Source: Candidatus Moranbacteria bacterium UBA1362 (lineage in GTDB: Bacteria; Patescibacteriota; Minisyncoccia; Moranbacterales; GWC2-37-73). From it: a stretch of 64,000 bases of DNA. The stretch covers positions 10,690 to 74,689 of the forward strand of contig DBRS01000014.1 in the NCBI GenBank assembly GCA_002306085.1. The letters run 5' to 3'. The position numbers were made by a program, and so were the translations under genes. The notes under the pieces are model-generated. The model made no database searches and was not told the DNA's origin. It worked only from the letters and a program-made list of their open reading frames with translations. Positions 21,553-31,392 of this stretch are shown here, piece by piece; within the stretch, counting starts at the first letter, position 1; each line of letters starts with the position of its first letter.

Positions 21553-22515
21553 ATGCTGATAGATGATATAAAAATTGAAGTGTCTGCGGGAAACGGCGGA
21601 AAGGGATGCGTTGCTTTTAACAAGAACCTCATGAGTCTCGGCCCCGCTGGCGGGAATGGCGGAAAAGGCGGCGATGTCATTTTTCAGGGCGTTTCAGATC
21701 TTAACGCGCTTGGACAATTTCGCTATAAAAAGCAAATTTTTGCCGAAAACGGACGCGACGGCAAAGGACAATTTTGCGACGGACCGGACGGAAAAGATCT
21801 TGTGGTGAAAGTTCCGATCGGAACCGTAATTCATAACCTCGATACCGGGATAAGTCCCGAAATTACCAAAGTCGGACAACAATTGACAGTTGCGAAAGGA
21901 GGACGCGGCGGCAGAGGCAATTTTTTGTTCCGCTCCTCGAGAAACACCACTCCGAAACAATTTGAAGAAGGAAAAGAGGGCCAGCATCTTAATATACGTC
22001 TGGAACTTAAACTTATTGCCGACGTTGGGTTCGTGGGCCTTCCGAACGTAGGAAAATCAAGCCTTCTCAATGAAATCACCAATGCCAGCGCAAAGGTGGC
22101 CAATTATCAATTCACCACGCTTGAACCTAACCTCGGCGTTCACTGCGGGCTTATCCTTGCGGACATTCCCGGACTCATCGAAGGCGCATCCGCCGGAAAA
22201 GGACTTGGCATAAAATTCCTAAAACACATCGAGCGCACAAAAATACTTTTTCATTTTATTTCAGCCGAATCGGAAAATCCCGCAAAAGACTACAAACTTA
22301 TCAGAAAAGAATTGGGCAAGTATAACAAAAATCTACTTAGCAAGTCGGAATATGTTTTTTTGAGCAAAACAGACAATGTTTTGCCTGAAGATGTTAAGAA
22401 AAAAATCAAAAGACTTGAAAAAATTTCCAAAAAGATTCTACCTATTTCCATCCACGACTGGGACAGCTTGCAGAAAGTCAAGGACTTGCTTAATAAAATC
22501 GAGAAAGAAAAATAA
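21553..22515 (+). CDS. obgE: GTPase ObgE (no C-terminal domain)
   Basis: Gly-rich Obg fold, GLPNVGKS, YQFTTLEP, DIPGLIEGA. Confidence 0.96.
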   Translation: MLIDDIKIEVSAGNGGKGCVAFNKNLMSLGPAGGNGGKGGDVIFQGVSDLNALGQFRYKKQIFAENGRDGKGQFCDGPDGKDLVVKVPIGTVIHNLDTGISPEITKVGQQLTVAKGGRGGRGNFLFRSSRNTTPKQFEEGKEGQHLNIRLELKLIADVGFVGLPNVGKSSLLNEITNASAKVANYQFTTLEPNLGVHCGLILADIPGLIEGASAGKGLGIKFLKHIERTKILFHFISAESENPAKDYKLIRKELGKYNKNLLSKSEYVFLSKTDNVLPEDVKKKIKRLEKISKKILPISIHDWDSLQKVKDLLNKIEKEK

Positions 22516-22807
22516 CATCTTGTTGTCATTCCGGCCATTAAGCTGAAGCCCAGAAAAACATCTCTTTCGGATTCCCGCTTTTCTGTCGCTTTGCTTCCTT
22601 TGCCATGCAAAGCATTGCAAGCAAGCAGGAGAATGACATTGCTTATCTTGTTACGTAGCATAGAGGCCTCTATAGAGGTCTCTATTTAAAAACACCATTT
22701 ATATGTTTTGAAAAATTTTAGAAACCAGTCTTATAAGATTTTCATTTTACAGATGGCCGCATAATTATGAAAATTTTGCATTTTCTGAAAAATTGGTGTC
22801 CAGAATT

Positions 22808-24115
22808 TTAATTAACGGCCAATCCGCTTGGCACGGCAGGTGCGATTGCATCTTCGCTTCCCGAGTTTCCAAAAGTTATCGGGTGTCCAGTTTCATTTGC
22901 TGTTCCATCCGAATCAACAACATATAGATAAGCAGTTGAACCATCTGGAAATGACCCCTGATTTAAACTTATTGTAATTGACTGTCCGTTTGAGTTCCAA
23001 GCAGTCGCAGGCTGAACTTCCAAATGATTACATGTTGAATACGTTGGAGCATTGCCGATAACAACGCGTGAAGGAGTGTTATCAACATATATATCGTCCA
23101 TCCATGTTTTAACTAAAGTTGGAGAATATACACCACCAGTATGCCATCCTATCGCCCAAATTTCATTGAAAACAAGATCCGCGCCCGCCCAATCTATCAC
23201 ATCATACATAGCAACTCCATCAACAAGCAATGTGTAGGTACGATTAACACTATCAAATATTGCTTCAAAAAAATGCCATACGTTTATCGCTGGATTATTT
23301 TCCCTCCATACGTTTCCGAATACATTCGGATTATCATAAACATATGCCTGTTGTTGTGTCCATGAGAAAGTTTTGTTGACTATGTCTGAATGATCTGAAA
23401 CCCTTAAAAACTTCGAGCTATGATTTCTAGTAGCCACATAGTTTGTTCCAATTCCGTTTGAACCAAAACTAAAGGTAGCTTTATCGGTCCACGGAGCATA
23501 TATTTGAAAGGTATCGGCAGTCGGATTTTTGACATAATACGTATCGCCAGGATTTATGTTGACAGGCAATTCTCCTCCGGCAAAAAACATGACAGGATTA
23601 TCTTCAACATATTCATGGTTTGCAACCGTTATGCTATCAGTGCTATCATCAAAGCTACAAGGAAGCTGATCGCTAACAAAAACGTTTGCATCAGCTTTCC
23701 ACCACCACGAAATATATAAATAGTTCGCCCCCGGAACATAATGCGTGCTCATTGCATTTACTCCGCCTGAACTATGATAATTAGCAGATGATTTACCCCT
23801 CTGTTCGCTTCTAATGGAATTATATTTAGTAGCGTTATATATATTACCTTCCCACGGATAGTCGGAACCGACTGGAATTTTCGCATCATTAGATAGTCCC
23901 GAATACTGGTTTTCAACTGTATCCCAAAGATTGGGCAATGCGGTAGTTTTCGTGCCAAATTCTATTCCTGAAATCATCACAGAATTTCCATGTGATATCG
24001 TTCCATTTACTGCACTGATACTTGGCGCGGCTTGAGAAATATTTGCAAAACAAAAAAGGCAAAATACCAACACGCATTTGATTATTCTACTTCTTTTTAT
24101 TTTTTTAATGCGCAT
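22808..24115 (-). CDS. Secreted beta-rich protein (lectin/LamG-like) with a DxxAPxxPSGLxV tail
   Basis: Signal peptide ending SQA; Trp/Tyr/Asn rich; WHFFE and WMDDIYVD; visibly AT-richer than neighbours. Confidence 0.6.
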   Translation of the reverse strand: MRIKKIKRSRIIKCVLVFCLFCFANISQAAPSISAVNGTISHGNSVMISGIEFGTKTTALPNLWDTVENQYSGLSNDAKIPVGSDYPWEGNIYNATKYNSIRSEQRGKSSANYHSSGGVNAMSTHYVPGANYLYISWWWKADANVFVSDQLPCSFDDSTDSITVANHEYVEDNPVMFFAGGELPVNINPGDTYYVKNPTADTFQIYAPWTDKATFSFGSNGIGTNYVATRNHSSKFLRVSDHSDIVNKTFSWTQQQAYVYDNPNVFGNVWRENNPAINVWHFFEAIFDSVNRTYTLLVDGVAMYDVIDWAGADLVFNEIWAIGWHTGGVYSPTLVKTWMDDIYVDNTPSRVVIGNAPTYSTCNHLEVQPATAWNSNGQSITISLNQGSFPDGSTAYLYVVDSDGTANETGHPITFGNSGSEDAIAPAVPSGLAVN

Positions 24116-24186
24116 TATTGTGTATGCCGATTATTTTTTGTGCTTAACGGCCAAAGTTTGTAAACATGTAAAATCGCGAAATTATA

Positions 24187-24573
24187 TTATATATGTTCGC
24201 GGTTGTGACGTTTTTTTGAAGGTTCGAAATGGTGGAGAACCGTATTGATCAGCCAAAGAACAAGACTGAAAGCAAGAGCCCACCAAAAATTTGTTATATG
24301 AAATCCCGGAACGATTGCGCTGGTCACCATCACAAGAAAAGCGTTTATTACAAATGTGAATAAACCTAGAGTGACTATTTCTATCGGTAGCGTAAGAATT
24401 ATCAAGATAGGCTTGATTATTGTGTTCAAAAATCCGAGCACCACCGCCACAACGAGCGCCACAAAAAAGCTCTGCACAAAAATCGCTTCATCAGGCAGGA
24501 TATACGCGGCAATCATCACCGCCAGTGTCGATAAAAACCAATGGATGACAGGCCTCATATTTATTGATAACAA
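24187..24573 (-). CDS. Phage holin family IV / YvlD-like membrane protein
   Basis: NTIIKPILIILTLPIEIVTLGLFTFVINA. Confidence 0.85.
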   Translation of the reverse strand: MLSINMRPVIHWFLSTLAVMIAAYILPDEAIFVQSFFVALVVAVVLGFLNTIIKPILIILTLPIEIVTLGLFTFVINAFLVMVTSAIVPGFHITNFWWALAFSLVLWLINTVLHHFEPSKKRHNREHI

Positions 24574-24663
24574 ATGATATTAGTAGCAGGCCTGATCTTC
24601 ATTCGTAAGTCCCGGAAAATAAAAACCTGCAATCAACAACTTATAACCAGATATCCATCTACA

Positions 24664-25638
24664 TTATACCCTATTTTTCCTTAAAAATATCTTGACGACA
24701 TGCCACGCTTGCTTTGCGCTTTTGGTTCCCATCAATTCTGTTCTCAAACCTTTTGCCCCATCAAAACCGCTTGCGTAGACTGCATAATGTTTTTTAATCA
24801 CGTTGTAATTTTTTGTGCCCTTTAAAAATTTTTCAAACAATCTGGCATGCTCAATCATTGCTTCAAGACGTTCTGCAACGGGAACATTTTCAATTTTAAC
24901 CTTGTGGTTGAAAAACCAGGGATTTCCCAAAACTCCCCTTCCTACCATAATCCCATCCACTCCCGATTCTTTCGCTTTTCGCACTCCGTCTTTGCGGCTT
25001 TTTATATCACCGTTGCCGATTATCACAACTCCGCTGCCTTTTGCAATCTCAACCGCGCGCTTGATTGCGTCCCAATCCGCCGTGCCGGCAAATGATTGTT
25101 TTTTTGTGCGCCCGTGAACTATTATGGCTGCAGGTTTTTCCGACAAAAGTTCGGCAAGCCACGACTCAATTTCATTTTCGCTCCAGCCGATCCTCGTTTT
25201 TACTGAAACAGGCAGATCGCCCGCACCTTTTTTTGCCGCCCGAATTATTTCCCTCGCCCGCTTGGGATTTTTCATAAGCGCCGCTCCCGCTCCCTGATCG
25301 ACGATGCTCTTGTCAGGACATCCCATGTTGATGTCGATCCCGTCAAAACCGAGTTTTCTTGCGACTTCCGCGCAATATCGAAAATTTTCCGGCCTTGCGC
25401 CGAAAAATTGCGCCACAATAAGATGTTCATCCTCGAGAAACCTCAAATTTTTCATCAATATTTTCTTTGCGTCTTTATTGACCAATCCGTCGCAAGCGAC
25501 AAATTCTGTGAAAAGAACATCCGGTTTGCCATACTTAACAAGCATCTGCCTCGTGGCGATGTCGGTAACGTCATGCATCGGAGCCAGCACAAAGAACGGC
25601 TTTTTCTTCTTTGCCAATTTTTGCCAAAAATTATTCAT
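24664..25638 (-). CDS. dus: tRNA-dihydrouridine synthase
   Basis: LAPM, DINMGCP, VSVKTR, HGRT, GNGDI, MVGRG. Confidence 0.93.
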   Translation of the reverse strand: MNNFWQKLAKKKKPFFVLAPMHDVTDIATRQMLVKYGKPDVLFTEFVACDGLVNKDAKKILMKNLRFLEDEHLIVAQFFGARPENFRYCAEVARKLGFDGIDINMGCPDKSIVDQGAGAALMKNPKRAREIIRAAKKGAGDLPVSVKTRIGWSENEIESWLAELLSEKPAAIIVHGRTKKQSFAGTADWDAIKRAVEIAKGSGVVIIGNGDIKSRKDGVRKAKESGVDGIMVGRGVLGNPWFFNHKVKIENVPVAERLEAMIEHARLFEKFLKGTKNYNVIKKHYAVYASGFDGAKGLRTELMGTKSAKQAWHVVKIFLRKNRV

Positions 25639-25685
25639 AAATAAAGATTACTATATAAGCAAGAAAAGCGCCAAGAAATTATAAA

Positions 25686-25784
25686 GAGCCAAACAATTGT
25701 TTTTTGCGGCTTCCGCATGAATGCATCATAAACCAGGTTTGTGATGCATGAATGTAAGGCAAGCAAAAAATAATTGTTTGGCTC
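25686..25784. repeat. 99-bp near-perfect hairpin (MITE/REP-like)
   Basis: 22-bp outer arms with 1 mismatch plus 13-bp inner arms ATGCATCATAAAC/GTTTGTGATGCAT. Confidence 0.8.
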
Positions 25785-25798
25785 AGTCCAAAATCTAG

Positions 25799-26170
25799 CT
25801 ATTCTACGGTTTTTCCCAAGTTCGTCTTCTTAAAATTCACTTTCCAGACCGGTTCGTAAACATTGTCAAATTCATCCTTGGCAACAACCGTTTCTCCTTT
25901 CATGAGTGTTGAAATAGCAATATCATTCAGCATTTCTTTTTGCGAATCGACTTCCAGTTTCAAGTCTTCCAGTTTTTCATATGACCTTCCCAATTGCGCC
26001 TGTATCCTTGTTTCGATCGCCTTCTTCTTTTCTCGCAATTCCTTAATCTTTTCCACGATTTCTTCATACTCGTCAGTCTGCACGAGCGCGTCCTTATACA
26101 TGTCGCGCAGATCCTTCTGCTCTTTTTTCATCTCACGGATTTTGTTGAACACTTCTTGAACGTTTTGCAT
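25799..26170 (-). CDS. Conserved hypothetical coiled-coil protein
   Basis: 123 aa charged helical ORF ending YEPVWKVNFKK. Confidence 0.7.
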   Translation of the reverse strand: MQNVQEVFNKIREMKKEQKDLRDMYKDALVQTDEYEEIVEKIKELREKKKAIETRIQAQLGRSYEKLEDLKLEVDSQKEMLNDIAISTLMKGETVVAKDEFDNVYEPVWKVNFKKTNLGKTVE

Positions 26171-26317
26171 ACTATTTTAGTATGGATTAAATGATTATTT
26201 TGCGATGACGAAATCAATGATAGCACATTTTGTAAAATCCAAAAAGAAAAAGCGCCGCAGCTCCCATGTGTGGGAACCGCGACGCATGCATGCTTCAGCG
26301 CCGTCACAATCTTATTT

Positions 26318-26686
26318 TCATACCGCAAACAGATGATTGGGATCCGCTATCCCAATATACTTGTGGAAAATCGGTATTTTGTCACCATAATGGCAGACGC
26401 TCAAAATCCTTACGTGCACGTGATATCCTTTTTTGATCGCATCTGTCAAAGACTTCCTATGCTGATGCAAATTATTCACGACCATAGAGCCTGTGGTGCC
26501 ATCTTCTCTTCTAAAGAAAATTTTACCTTTCCATACCTGTAATTTGACTGGGGCCAATTCAATCGTTTCCTCTTTGCGAAAAATACATCTGATCTGAGGT
26601 GCACTATAACATGCCCAAGCTATTCGTGAAAACCAACCTGCCGCAAAACAAGCAACACCAATTACTATGACCGTTATAATTGTCAT
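26318..26686 (-). CDS. Orphan membrane-anchored protein
   Basis: GGGAGGAGG before ATG (MTIITVIVIG); N-terminal TM. Confidence 0.55.
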   Translation of the reverse strand: MTIITVIVIGVACFAAGWFSRIAWACYSAPQIRCIFRKEETIELAPVKLQVWKGKIFFRREDGTTGSMVVNNLHQHRKSLTDAIKKGYHVHVRILSVCHYGDKIPIFHKYIGIADPNHLFAV

Positions 26687-27022
26687 ATAACCTCCTCCCG
26701 GGATAAATTTTTGAATGTCAAAAAACTGAAGTGCCATGAAAAACCCATTTTTTCTTTACTTCAAGATATTATCAAACAAAAATAAAGGCAAACCCAATTA
26801 TTCACACAACCACATGAAGTAGCATGGTAGCAGAAAAGAACCTGTATACATGGAAAAATTTTCGCAACCGTAAGTTTCTCGATACGTGCCTCAAACTGTT
26901 ATGTAACATGTTACATAACAGTTTATATAACACTTTACGCAACAGATTTGGAAAAAGAAAAGGCCGATACTTTGTGGTATCGGCCACTTGAAATGATATT
27001 TCATAACCAAATCAACCGTTCA

Positions 27023-27436
27023 TCAGGCCACTCGCCTCCCTTGCTTCCTCAGCTTTTTCTCCAACTCTTCTTCCCGCTTCTTCTGTTGTTTAACGTGCAC
27101 TGAAAAGCAAATCCGTTTCAACCACTCCTCTTTCTTAAATTCCGACGTTGAAAAAGAAACTCCTATGATGTGCTCACCGTGATTGAGGGATCTTATCTGG
27201 CGATGAAAAACTGCACTATTCAAAAATGATTCACTGATGATTTCCATGATATGTTTCTTGCTTCCATGTTGCGCATCATTTGAATTTTCATCGCCATTGT
27301 CCTCACTATCTTGGTGAAAATGTTCCGGGCAATTGACTACTATTTCGACATTACCGCCACAACTCCTGAGAGTCGCGGAAACATATGTTTCATCCTGCGT
27401 CTTAATTAGAATCTCAAACACACCCTTTGATTCCAC
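27023..27436 (-). CDS. Orphan hypothetical protein
   Basis: GGAGGGGAG before the start; 137 aa. Confidence 0.55.
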   Translation of the reverse strand: MESKGVFEILIKTQDETYVSATLRSCGGNVEIVVNCPEHFHQDSEDNGDENSNDAQHGSKKHIMEIISESFLNSAVFHRQIRSLNHGEHIIGVSFSTSEFKKEEWLKRICFSVHVKQQKKREEELEKKLRKQGRRVA

Positions 27437-27736
27437 ATCTCCCCTCCTGAAATTTGGCTCATATTGATTACAATTTTAAACAACAACCTATCTCTGCTGC
27501 AAATGAAAAATCCTTTATCTATAATACAACACAAAAGCTCATATTTTGCAAATAGAACGATAAATGAAAAAGAGGGCGCGAAGCCCTCTTTGTAGTTTTT
27601 ATGAGTCTTTTTTATCTTTGACTCTTCCCCACGCCAACAGAGATTAAGATGAATTACTCTCGGTTGGTGTGGGGATTTTTTTGTTTTTTTGTTTTTGTTA
27701 TTAAGTTTTTCTCACTGTATTTAAATTTTTCAATTT

Positions 27737-28438
27737 TCACAGATACTCAGACAGCTTGTCGTAATAGTATGTAATATCCCTTATCCATTTCTGTTCGCTG
27801 GAATCGCCTTGACATCCTTTGTAGCCACATTTCCAGACAACCATTTTATTCGGAGTATCAAGCTTTTCTTCGTTGATCATCTGGCTGATTCTGGCCGCCA
27901 CAGTTTCGACGGCCTCCCTTGGAGAGTTGAAGCACGAATGTCCTCCGCTTCCCGTTTTTTCAGTTTTCATACGAAAGCCCCAATAATTGTAGCAGTCTTT
28001 TCCGTTGAGTACAGGCTTACGCTTGCCCCAGTTGCTTTCTTTCTTGGCAATGCTTACCAAAAATGCGGCTACCTGCGGATCCTGCATGGCTATATACGGA
28101 GCCATTTTTCCGATCGGATAGCCTTTCACCATTTTTTTTATTTCCATCTCGAAAGCTATGTTCCTTTTTTCCTCTTCCACAACTATCGGTTCTTCACCAA
28201 AACCTTTGACAAGAAAAAAGGCTGCCGCGACAGTAATCGAAAAAATGAACAGTAGCACGGGAACCAAAACTATGCTCCTATCTTTGCGGAGGTTTCCCAT
28301 CGTGAGCGGCATCGCAATTGCAGTTTTCACCGGCTTGCTACTGCGTTTCCGCAAACATGAAGACCTTTTTTTGGGAAGTTTTTTGTTTTTTTTGGAGATT
28401 TTTCTCATTTTTTTGTTTTTGAAAGCAAAAACGGGCAA
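27737..28438 (-). CDS. Membrane-anchored lysozyme/glucosaminidase-like protein
   Basis: TM then IAKKESNWGK...CYNYWG...CFNSPREAV; true start may be ~28408. Confidence 0.55.
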   Translation of the reverse strand: MPVFAFKNKKMRKISKKNKKLPKKRSSCLRKRSSKPVKTAIAMPLTMGNLRKDRSIVLVPVLLFIFSITVAAAFFLVKGFGEEPIVVEEEKRNIAFEMEIKKMVKGYPIGKMAPYIAMQDPQVAAFLVSIAKKESNWGKRKPVLNGKDCYNYWGFRMKTEKTGSGGHSCFNSPREAVETVAARISQMINEEKLDTPNKMVVWKCGYKGCQGDSSEQKWIRDITYYYDKLSEYL

Positions 28439-28644
28439 CCACCCGTTTCTACCCTATCTTTATCCCATATATCTATTATACACCTTTTTGGGTAAAAAAT
28501 CAACCCCCGCTAAGAAACTGACAAGCCATTGATATATCATCAAGTATTTTTAAATCTTAAATAATATATCTCATGACCGATCGTTCTTATTTTTCGATTG
28601 ATCAGCTCTTAACGGAATTGATAATGGTGGCAAAGAAACACAAA

Positions 28645-30426
28645 CTATTTCTTGTTTTCTCTGCTGTAATTTTTCCAAAGAACGCGAAAATTTTCGTCGG
28701 AAAGAAGATCATTGAAAGTTCCCTCTGCAACTATTCTGCTGTTCTTAAAAAGATAGATGTAATCGAACTCTTTGAGAAGATGCAACCCGTGCACTGCGGA
28801 AATGACGACTTTGTCCTTGAAATTTTCAAAGATGTTCCGATATATTTCCGCCTCGTTTTCAATGTCGACACTGCTCGTCGGTTCATCCAGAAGCAGAAAC
28901 TGGCTATCCTTCGCGGCAAGGAACCCTCTGGCAAGCGCAAGTCTCTGCTTTTCTCCGCCGCTTAAGGATACTCCCCTTTCCATGACGTTTGTTTTGAGAC
29001 CTTTTTCAAGCCGTGAAATCAATTTGTCAAGCCTGGACATTTTTACGGCTTTTTCGATTTCATCTTCGCTCACATGAACTCCCATTGTTATATTATATTC
29101 AATTGTATTGTTGAATATTTCAGGTTCCTGCGGAATCAGCGTGCAATAATTGTGGATATGTTTAAGTCCGTGCTTCAGTTTTTTCCCATCACAAAAAACT
29201 TTGGCGTCGTCCGGCTCGTGCAATCCTCTCAAAAGTGAAAGAACAGTGCTCTTCCCCGAGCCGCTCGTACCGATAAGCGCGATTTTCATATTTCTTTCAA
29301 AACTCAATGACGCATCGGTTACGGCATATACTTTTAAATCTGAATCAATCTCCTGCCTGTAGGAAAAATTGAGCTGTTTAATCTGAATCGTCTTCCATTT
29401 TCTTGGAAGCGAATATCTTCTCCCGAGCCGCAGCTTGTCATATTCTTCATTTATCGTTTCGGCGGCCATAACAGCCTCGTTTTGCCTCACTGTCTCGCTG
29501 TATTTCCAGGCAAAAGTATCGAATGCGTTTCCGATATTGTTAAGATACTGATAAAGAACGAACAGCGTTCCGATTACTATGACTCCCTGATTTTTATATG
29601 ACACATACACATTAAGCAAAATAACCGCTGCTGTCATGACCTCGATGATCATGCTTGACGTAAACCACTTCGATTCGTTCAAAATTGAGCTTCTCAGAAA
29701 AACCCTGTACGGCTCCATCGACCGTTTTTCAATTTCTTTTGCGGCGCTTTTTTTGAGTCGCAGCGAAATTATTGTTATGTAGTTGCTGATGTAGTCGTAA
29801 ATTCCGGCCGCGATATTATTTTCGCCCTTGAAAATAATTTTGTAATGCCTTATCAACGCTTTGTCGAATTTCAATATCACATATACGGCAACAGCCGCAG
29901 TGAAAAGTGCAATGAAAACCGGATTTATGTCATACAATCCCATTATGATTATCGATACGACAAAAGCGGTGAAATTTTGAATAATGAAAAAAAGTTCGCT
30001 GGAAAATGTGAAGAGATTTTCGCTTGCCTTGTTAATCTTGTCGATTGTGTCTCCGGAATGATGGTCTTTGTGCCACCGCGCGGGCAGTTCCATGGTCCGT
30101 TCAAACATCGTTTGCCTGTAGTTTTTCCTTATCAAAAACGCGTTTCTGTTCTCAATTGTTCTTGAGATAAAATTAAATATCCACCCCATTATGCTCAGTA
30201 CGATCAGAAGGCCGACATTATACGCGATAAAAAGGATCGGGTTTGATTTTTCGGTAGCGAATTGTATCTCATTAAATATTCTCCCGATCACAACCGGCTG
30301 AAGGAGCCAGATGATGTTTCCGATCAAGGAAAACACAACAACAAAAATGTATGCCGTTTTTATTCCAGCTGCATATTCCCAAGAATATCTGAAAATGTTG
30401 TAGAGAGGATTTTTAGAATACATCAT
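28645..30426 (-). CDS. ABC exporter, fused permease/ATPase
   Basis: TM domain plus GTSGSGKS, LSGGEKQR, LLLDEPT. Confidence 0.93.
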   Translation of the reverse strand: MMYSKNPLYNIFRYSWEYAAGIKTAYIFVVVFSLIGNIIWLLQPVVIGRIFNEIQFATEKSNPILFIAYNVGLLIVLSIMGWIFNFISRTIENRNAFLIRKNYRQTMFERTMELPARWHKDHHSGDTIDKINKASENLFTFSSELFFIIQNFTAFVVSIIIMGLYDINPVFIALFTAAVAVYVILKFDKALIRHYKIIFKGENNIAAGIYDYISNYITIISLRLKKSAAKEIEKRSMEPYRVFLRSSILNESKWFTSSMIIEVMTAAVILLNVYVSYKNQGVIVIGTLFVLYQYLNNIGNAFDTFAWKYSETVRQNEAVMAAETINEEYDKLRLGRRYSLPRKWKTIQIKQLNFSYRQEIDSDLKVYAVTDASLSFERNMKIALIGTSGSGKSTVLSLLRGLHEPDDAKVFCDGKKLKHGLKHIHNYCTLIPQEPEIFNNTIEYNITMGVHVSEDEIEKAVKMSRLDKLISRLEKGLKTNVMERGVSLSGGEKQRLALARGFLAAKDSQFLLLDEPTSSVDIENEAEIYRNIFENFKDKVVISAVHGLHLLKEFDYIYLFKNSRIVAEGTFNDLLSDENFRVLWKNYSRENKK

Positions 30427-30550
30427 TTATTTTTTATGCGTCTGTCTTAATAATATCACCGGATAATAATGATGACAAAAAACCGCAATAAAAATTGCGG
30501 CCAGCATCTTTCGGCTAATAAAATTTATGCTCCTTGTCGGAGATAATCAT

Positions 30551-31294
30551 TCAGCGTAAAGCGGAACGCGAAAAAGAAGCAAGAAACAACAGGTGAATAT
30601 GAGTCAAAAGCAACCGCAAAAGAGATTTGTCATATTCATTGCGCCCGCTTTTGAAACATAAGACGCACTTTATCGGAGATTCTTGATAATAGCTTTCGAT
30701 AACATTAATATCTTCTCTGTTTGTAGCATGTTCCAAATTCCCGTTGGCGACCGCAAGATTAGACAGCTTGAAATTCATCGCTCCGGAATCACCGCTTGGA
30801 TAGTACAGCTCTTTAAGGGTTTTTCCGGATCTTATATCGATAAACCTTACCAGTCCTTCTTTTGATTTGGCCACCGAAACGAACAGATATGAAAGCAGCT
30901 TCGCGTATGAAACCTTTTCCACTTCCTTGCCGGGAAATACCTGACAAATTGACATGAAATCCTTCAAAAGCTTGCGCTCGTTGTTTATCCTGCCGATATG
31001 CTCGTAGCTGTTTTTCAATTCATTCTCTATTTGCTCGCGTTCGGCGAATAGACTGTTTATTTTTCTTCGGTATATGCGATAAATGAGAAAAATAAAGACA
31101 CTTTCAACAAAAATTATGACAGATTGCTCATAATCTTCCGGAATCGAGAAGCTTCCGATGACATGACCCTTGAAAATATGGGGAGTGAGAACTGACACGA
31201 CCGCAACCAGCACAAAAGCAAAAAGCACAGCTCTCCTTGCCATCAGAATTTTTTCTGAAATTCTTCTGATTCTTTTCGGCATCCTTTTGCACAT
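30551..31294 (-). CDS. Membrane protein (2 TM, coiled coil, GAF-like C-terminus)
   Basis: ORF architecture only. Confidence 0.5.
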   Translation of the reverse strand: MCKRMPKRIRRISEKILMARRAVLFAFVLVAVVSVLTPHIFKGHVIGSFSIPEDYEQSVIIFVESVFIFLIYRIYRRKINSLFAEREQIENELKNSYEHIGRINNERKLLKDFMSICQVFPGKEVEKVSYAKLLSYLFVSVAKSKEGLVRFIDIRSGKTLKELYYPSGDSGAMNFKLSNLAVANGNLEHATNREDINVIESYYQESPIKCVLCFKSGRNEYDKSLLRLLLTHIHLLFLASFSRSALR

Positions 31295-31392
31295 TAATAA
31301 TTATTGCAAAAGTATTGAGCCAATTGCGATTATATTACGCAAAATATTTTTCTTTTTTTTCAATTTTAAAATTGCCAAAGGGCTTATTTGTT

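Noticed and set aside
26883-26935. Possible dif/Xer site (TTATGTAACAT resembles the XerD arm)
   Set aside because: No credible XerC arm at 6-bp spacing; kept only as a perfect palindrome.
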